Shown: piece by piece, positions 61,133-64,000 of the stretch
Layout of the letters: every line of letters starts with the position of its first letter
Numbering within the stretch: position 1 is the stretch's first letter
Source: Longimicrobiales bacterium
GTDB taxonomy: Bacteria; Gemmatimonadota; Gemmatimonadetes; Longimicrobiales; Gaopeijiaceae
Assembly: GCA_041690395.1 (NCBI GenBank)
Contig: JAWLHJ010000005.1
Location: forward strand, 82,364 to 146,363
Length of the DNA stretch: 64,000 nucleotides
Reading direction: 5' to 3'
Program-made: the position numbers and the translations under genes
The notes under the pieces: generated by a model
The model's database searches: none
Told to the model about the DNA's origin: nothing
Seen by the model: the letters and a program-made list of their open reading frames with translations, nothing else

Positions 61133-61993
61133 GTGTCTGTGTTCATTGGTCTCGGGGTCGTCTTCGGGAGCATCATCGTCGGATATACGATGCACCATGG
61201 CGAGCTCGCGATTCTCATACAGGTCAGCGAGTTCATCATCATCGGCGGCGCCGCGTTCGGTGCCGTGATCGTGGGTAATCCACCCTCGACGGTGAAAGCG
61301 ATGTTCGCGGAGACGATCGGTCTCCTCAAGCCCGATCCGTACGGCAAGGCGACGTTCCGGGACCTACTCCAGGTCCTGTACGACATCTTCTACCAGGCCC
61401 GAAGGGACGGGCTCGTCGGCGTCGAAGCGCATGTGGAGAAGCCCTTCGAGAGCGAGCTCTTCAAGCAATATCCGAGCTTTCGGGACAACCACCACGCCGT
61501 GTCTTTCCTCGCCGACACCATGAAGGTGTTGCTCACCGGTGCCGTCGAGGACCATCACCTGTCGGAGATCCTCGATCTGGATCTCGAGCAGCACCACCAC
61601 GAGGCGATGGTCGTGCCCACGCGGTTGCAGGCCGTCGCCGACGCCATGCCCGGCTTCGGTATCGTCGCCGCGGTGCTCGGGGTGATCATCACCATGGGTA
61701 AGATCGGTGGATCACCGGAGGTGATCGGGAAGAGCGTCGCCGCCGCGTTGGTCGGGACCTTCCTCGGCATCCTTCTGGCGTACGGTGTGGTCGGCCCCAT
61801 CGCCCAGGCCGTCGAGAACCGGGTGGTGGCACAGGAGCGCTATCTCGGCTGCATTCGTACGGCCTTGCTGTCCTTCGCGCGCGGGGACCCCCCGATCACC
61901 TCGGTGGAGTTCGCCCGCCGGAACATCGAGCCGGCGGATCGCCCCTCGTTCGAGGAGCTCGAAGAGATGACGCGTAAGCGAGGGAAGGGGTAG
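61133..61993 (+). CDS. motA: flagellar stator protein MotA
   Basis: GTG 61133 after AGGGGG; (M)SVFIGLGVVFGSIIVGYTM..., PGFGIVAAVLGVIITMG, ALVGTFLGILLAYG. Confidence 0.9.
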   Translation: MSVFIGLGVVFGSIIVGYTMHHGELAILIQVSEFIIIGGAAFGAVIVGNPPSTVKAMFAETIGLLKPDPYGKATFRDLLQVLYDIFYQARRDGLVGVEAHVEKPFESELFKQYPSFRDNHHAVSFLADTMKVLLTGAVEDHHLSEILDLDLEQHHHEAMVVPTRLQAVADAMPGFGIVAAVLGVIITMGKIGGSPEVIGKSVAAALVGTFLGILLAYGVVGPIAQAVENRVVAQERYLGCIRTALLSFARGDPPITSVEFARRNIEPADRPSFEELEEMTRKRGKG

Positions 61994-61996
61994 AGC

Positions 61997-62845
61997 GTGG
62001 CCGACAAGAAAATCGTCTTCGTGAAGAAGAAGATTAAGGCGAAACACGGGCACCATGGCGGATCCTGGAAGGTGGCCTACGCCGATTTCGTGACCGCGAT
62101 GATGGCGTTCTTCCTCGTGATGTGGATCATGAACATGGATCAGGGCGTGCGGGACCTGGTGCAGGGCTACTTCGAGAATCCGGTGGGCTTCAAGCGCAGC
62201 TACTCGGGTGGGCGAAACATCCTGTCCCAGGGGAATTCCATCATGAACATGGAGGTACGGCGGCAGCTCATCCTGAAGCGTCGTGAAGCGGAGGAAGGCA
62301 GGTTCCGGGAAGTCGCGGCGGAGATCGAGCGGCGCCTCGTGGGAAGCGAGTCCGGCACGCCAGAGGAGCTCGGGGTCGAAGTCGTCGTCGCGGACGATGG
62401 TCTGCGTATCGAAATGATGGAACCCAACCAGGGGGCCTCGTTCTTCGATGTCGCATCATCCAATCCTACCAGAGAGCTCGAGCAGGTTCTCCGCGTCGTG
62501 GCTGCGGAGCTCGCGGACCTGGACAATGGCGTCGTGGTCGAGGGTCACACCGACGCGACACCGTTCGGCAGCGCTGGGTATTCGAACTGGGAGCTCTCGG
62601 TGGATCGGGCGAACGCGGCGCGCCGGGTGCTGCTGTCCGGTGGGCTGTCCCCGGAGCGTCTGGTCGAGGTCCGCGGCTATGCCGATCGGCGGCTCAAGTT
62701 CGTCGATTCACCTTCGGATCGCCGAAATCGTCGCGTCACGGTGCTGATTCCGTTCGATACCCCCGGTATGGGGGATTTCGAGGGGTGGGAGTGGTCGGAG
62801 TCGGGGGACGGGGCCGAGATCGACTCGGGGAGTGCCGACTCGTGA
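61997..62845 (+). CDS. motB: flagellar stator protein MotB (OmpA-like PG-binding C-terminus)
   Basis: GTG 61997; WKVAYADFVTAMMAFFLVMW with the conserved Asp, VVEGHTDATP...NWELSVDRANAARRVL. Confidence 0.92.
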   Translation: MADKKIVFVKKKIKAKHGHHGGSWKVAYADFVTAMMAFFLVMWIMNMDQGVRDLVQGYFENPVGFKRSYSGGRNILSQGNSIMNMEVRRQLILKRREAEEGRFREVAAEIERRLVGSESGTPEELGVEVVVADDGLRIEMMEPNQGASFFDVASSNPTRELEQVLRVVAAELADLDNGVVVEGHTDATPFGSAGYSNWELSVDRANAARRVLLSGGLSPERLVEVRGYADRRLKFVDSPSDRRNRRVTVLIPFDTPGMGDFEGWEWSESGDGAEIDSGSADS

Positions 62846-64000
62846 GCCCGGGAGGAACGCGTTTCGACTTCCGGTGGCTCGTCCGCGTGTTCGCGGATAA
62901 GCTGGCCGAGCTCTCCGGGTCGGACAGCGTATCGGCGGCCGTGCGGCGCGCCCAGGGGGCACGCCCTGACATCCTGCTGGCGCGCGGCCCCGTCTTTCAG
63001 CGGACCGAAGTCGTGGAGGAGACGTTTTCCTTCCTGACCCACGACCTCCTACGGTCGGTAGGGCCGCTTCGCGTGCCGGGCGACCGGCTGCCCAGGAGCC
63101 TGATGACGTTGAGGGCGGCGCTCGCCCGGTCGGGAGTGCCCGACCTCGCGGCCTTTCCCATCAGGGGTGAGGGGGAGCTGGCCGGTTGTGTCATGGCGCC
63201 GTGTGAAGGTGGATCGGCCGTGTTGGAAGATTCCGGGCCGTGGGCGGCATGCGAGTCGGCGGTATGGACGGTCAGGCTGGGCGCGGCGACGGCTGCCCTC
63301 GACGCGTTGGCCGGACGACCGGCGAGGGGCGGGGTGATCGCCGACGTCGATGGTGTCATGACCCTCGACACGAGTGGGCGCATCCTGATGGCGCGTGGAC
63401 TCTGCAGGGACATTCTGACAAGAGCCGCGGCCCCGCCGCTCGGCGCTCGTATGGAGGATCTTCTCGGCGGCGAGTCGGCGTCGACCATGTTGGCCTCCGA
63501 GGAGGCCGAGGTCGTGTGGAGCGAACACCTGTTGCCGGCCTCGGCGAGCGGGGGGCTCGCCGTCGCCATGGTCCCCGATTCGAGGGGGAGCGCTCATCGG
63601 CTCGGTCACCGTGTGGTCTGCGTGCGGGATCTGCGCACCGACCCCGGACGGCGAGGGATCGGCCTGCGCTTCGAGCTTGTCGCCGAGGTCGCCTGGGCGC
63701 TCGACGCGTTGGGTGCGGTAGACTCGCCCGGCCAAGCCCCGCTTGCCGACCTGGTGACCGAGGCCTCTCGGCTCCTGGAAGCGGCGGCCCCGTCCGTCTC
63801 GCACCCGGGCGTCACGAGCGGTGACGAGTTGAACGACATCGTCCGAGCGTGCTTGCATGCCGTGGACCGGGCGCTCGCCGCGGAACGGATCCGCGTGTTC
63901 AGCTTGCTGCAGCCCGAGCTTCCGCCCGCAGCTATCGATTCGGTCTCGCTCTACAGGGCACTGCGCCGACTCATCGACCGCGCTCGGGCCTCGCTAGGGG
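62842..64000 (+). CDS. sensor protein (PAS-like plus kinase-like region), 3' end outside window
   Basis: My own translation from GTG 62842 (GTGA overlap with motB stop) is stop-free to nt 64000: MSPGGTRFDFRWLVRVFADKLAEL...GVIADVDGVMTLDTSGRILMARG...SLYRALRRLIDRA; not listed in the ORF track because it lacks a stop. Confidence 0.5.
   Translation, partial: MSPGGTRFDFRWLVRVFADKLAELSGSDSVSAAVRRAQGARPDILLARGPVFQRTEVVEETFSFLTHDLLRSVGPLRVPGDRLPRSLMTLRAALARSGVPDLAAFPIRGEGELAGCVMAPCEGGSAVLEDSGPWAACESAVWTVRLGAATAALDALAGRPARGGVIADVDGVMTLDTSGRILMARGLCRDILTRAAAPPLGARMEDLLGGESASTMLASEEAEVVWSEHLLPASASGGLAVAMVPDSRGSAHRLGHRVVCVRDLRTDPGRRGIGLRFELVAEVAWALDALGAVDSPGQAPLADLVTEASRLLEAAAPSVSHPGVTSGDELNDIVRACLHAVDRALAAERIRVFSLLQPELPPAAIDSVSLYRALRRLIDRARASLG

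Noticed and set aside
1-64000. A search for CRISPR arrays, insertion sequences, integrases, prophage remnants, and rRNA or tRNA genes.
   Set aside because: No direct-repeat/spacer periodicity was found. No transposase, integrase or recombinase-like translation appears in any frame. The intergenic gaps are short (mostly under 320 nt) and none shows a tRNA-like or rRNA-like sequence.

Overview
This is a visibly GC-rich bacterial chromosomal segment (roughly two-thirds G+C by eye, not computed). It is densely coding, and I saw no rRNA, tRNA, CRISPR array, transposase or integrase. All calls come from reading the supplied translations and the DNA by eye; no database search was run.

The window has four blocks:
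1. nt 1-7000: the tail of an RND efflux pump, then a sigma-54 two-component pair (HK plus NtrC-like regulator). This pair is divergent from a sigma-54 promoter driving a DUF4168-like secreted protein. A TonB-dependent receptor with a Fur-box-like operator and a lipoprotein follow.
2. nt 7000-18800: a signalling island with five PAS/HK/REC proteins, an XRE-PAS one-component regulator, and a four-gene translationally coupled operon (DUF3391-like, HDOD, hybrid HK-Hpt, REC-REC-PAS-HK).
3. nt 18800-28030: a chemotaxis operon, cheW - soluble globin-PAS MCP - DUF454 - cheR - cheD - cheY - cheX - cheB - cheA.
4. nt 28150-62850: an almost complete flagellar regulon.
   - fliW-flgL lie on the minus strand, next to a FleR/FlbD-like sigma-54 activator.
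   - The main run is flgB-flgC-orf-fliE-F-G-H-I-J - MgtE_N-like - fliK - flgD - flgE.
   - It continues fliL-M-N-(O)P-Q-R-flhB-A-F-G, then fliA-orf-flgF-G-A-H-I-J-N-K-csrA, then motAB.
   - A partial sensor gene runs off the 3' end.

Most interesting observations:
- The fliK-position protein carries an apparently intact M15 cell-wall peptidase domain inside the ruler, while FlgJ is rod-binding-only.
- Sigma-54 promoter candidates sit 33-44 nt upstream of flgB, fliL, fliA and the DUF4168 gene.
- FlhF and FlhG both have altered nucleotide-binding motifs.
- FliO and FliP form one continuous ORF.
- The FliW/CsrA pair is split across 30 kb, and no flagellin gene is in the window.
- Several uncharacterised small ORFs are embedded in the flagellar operons.
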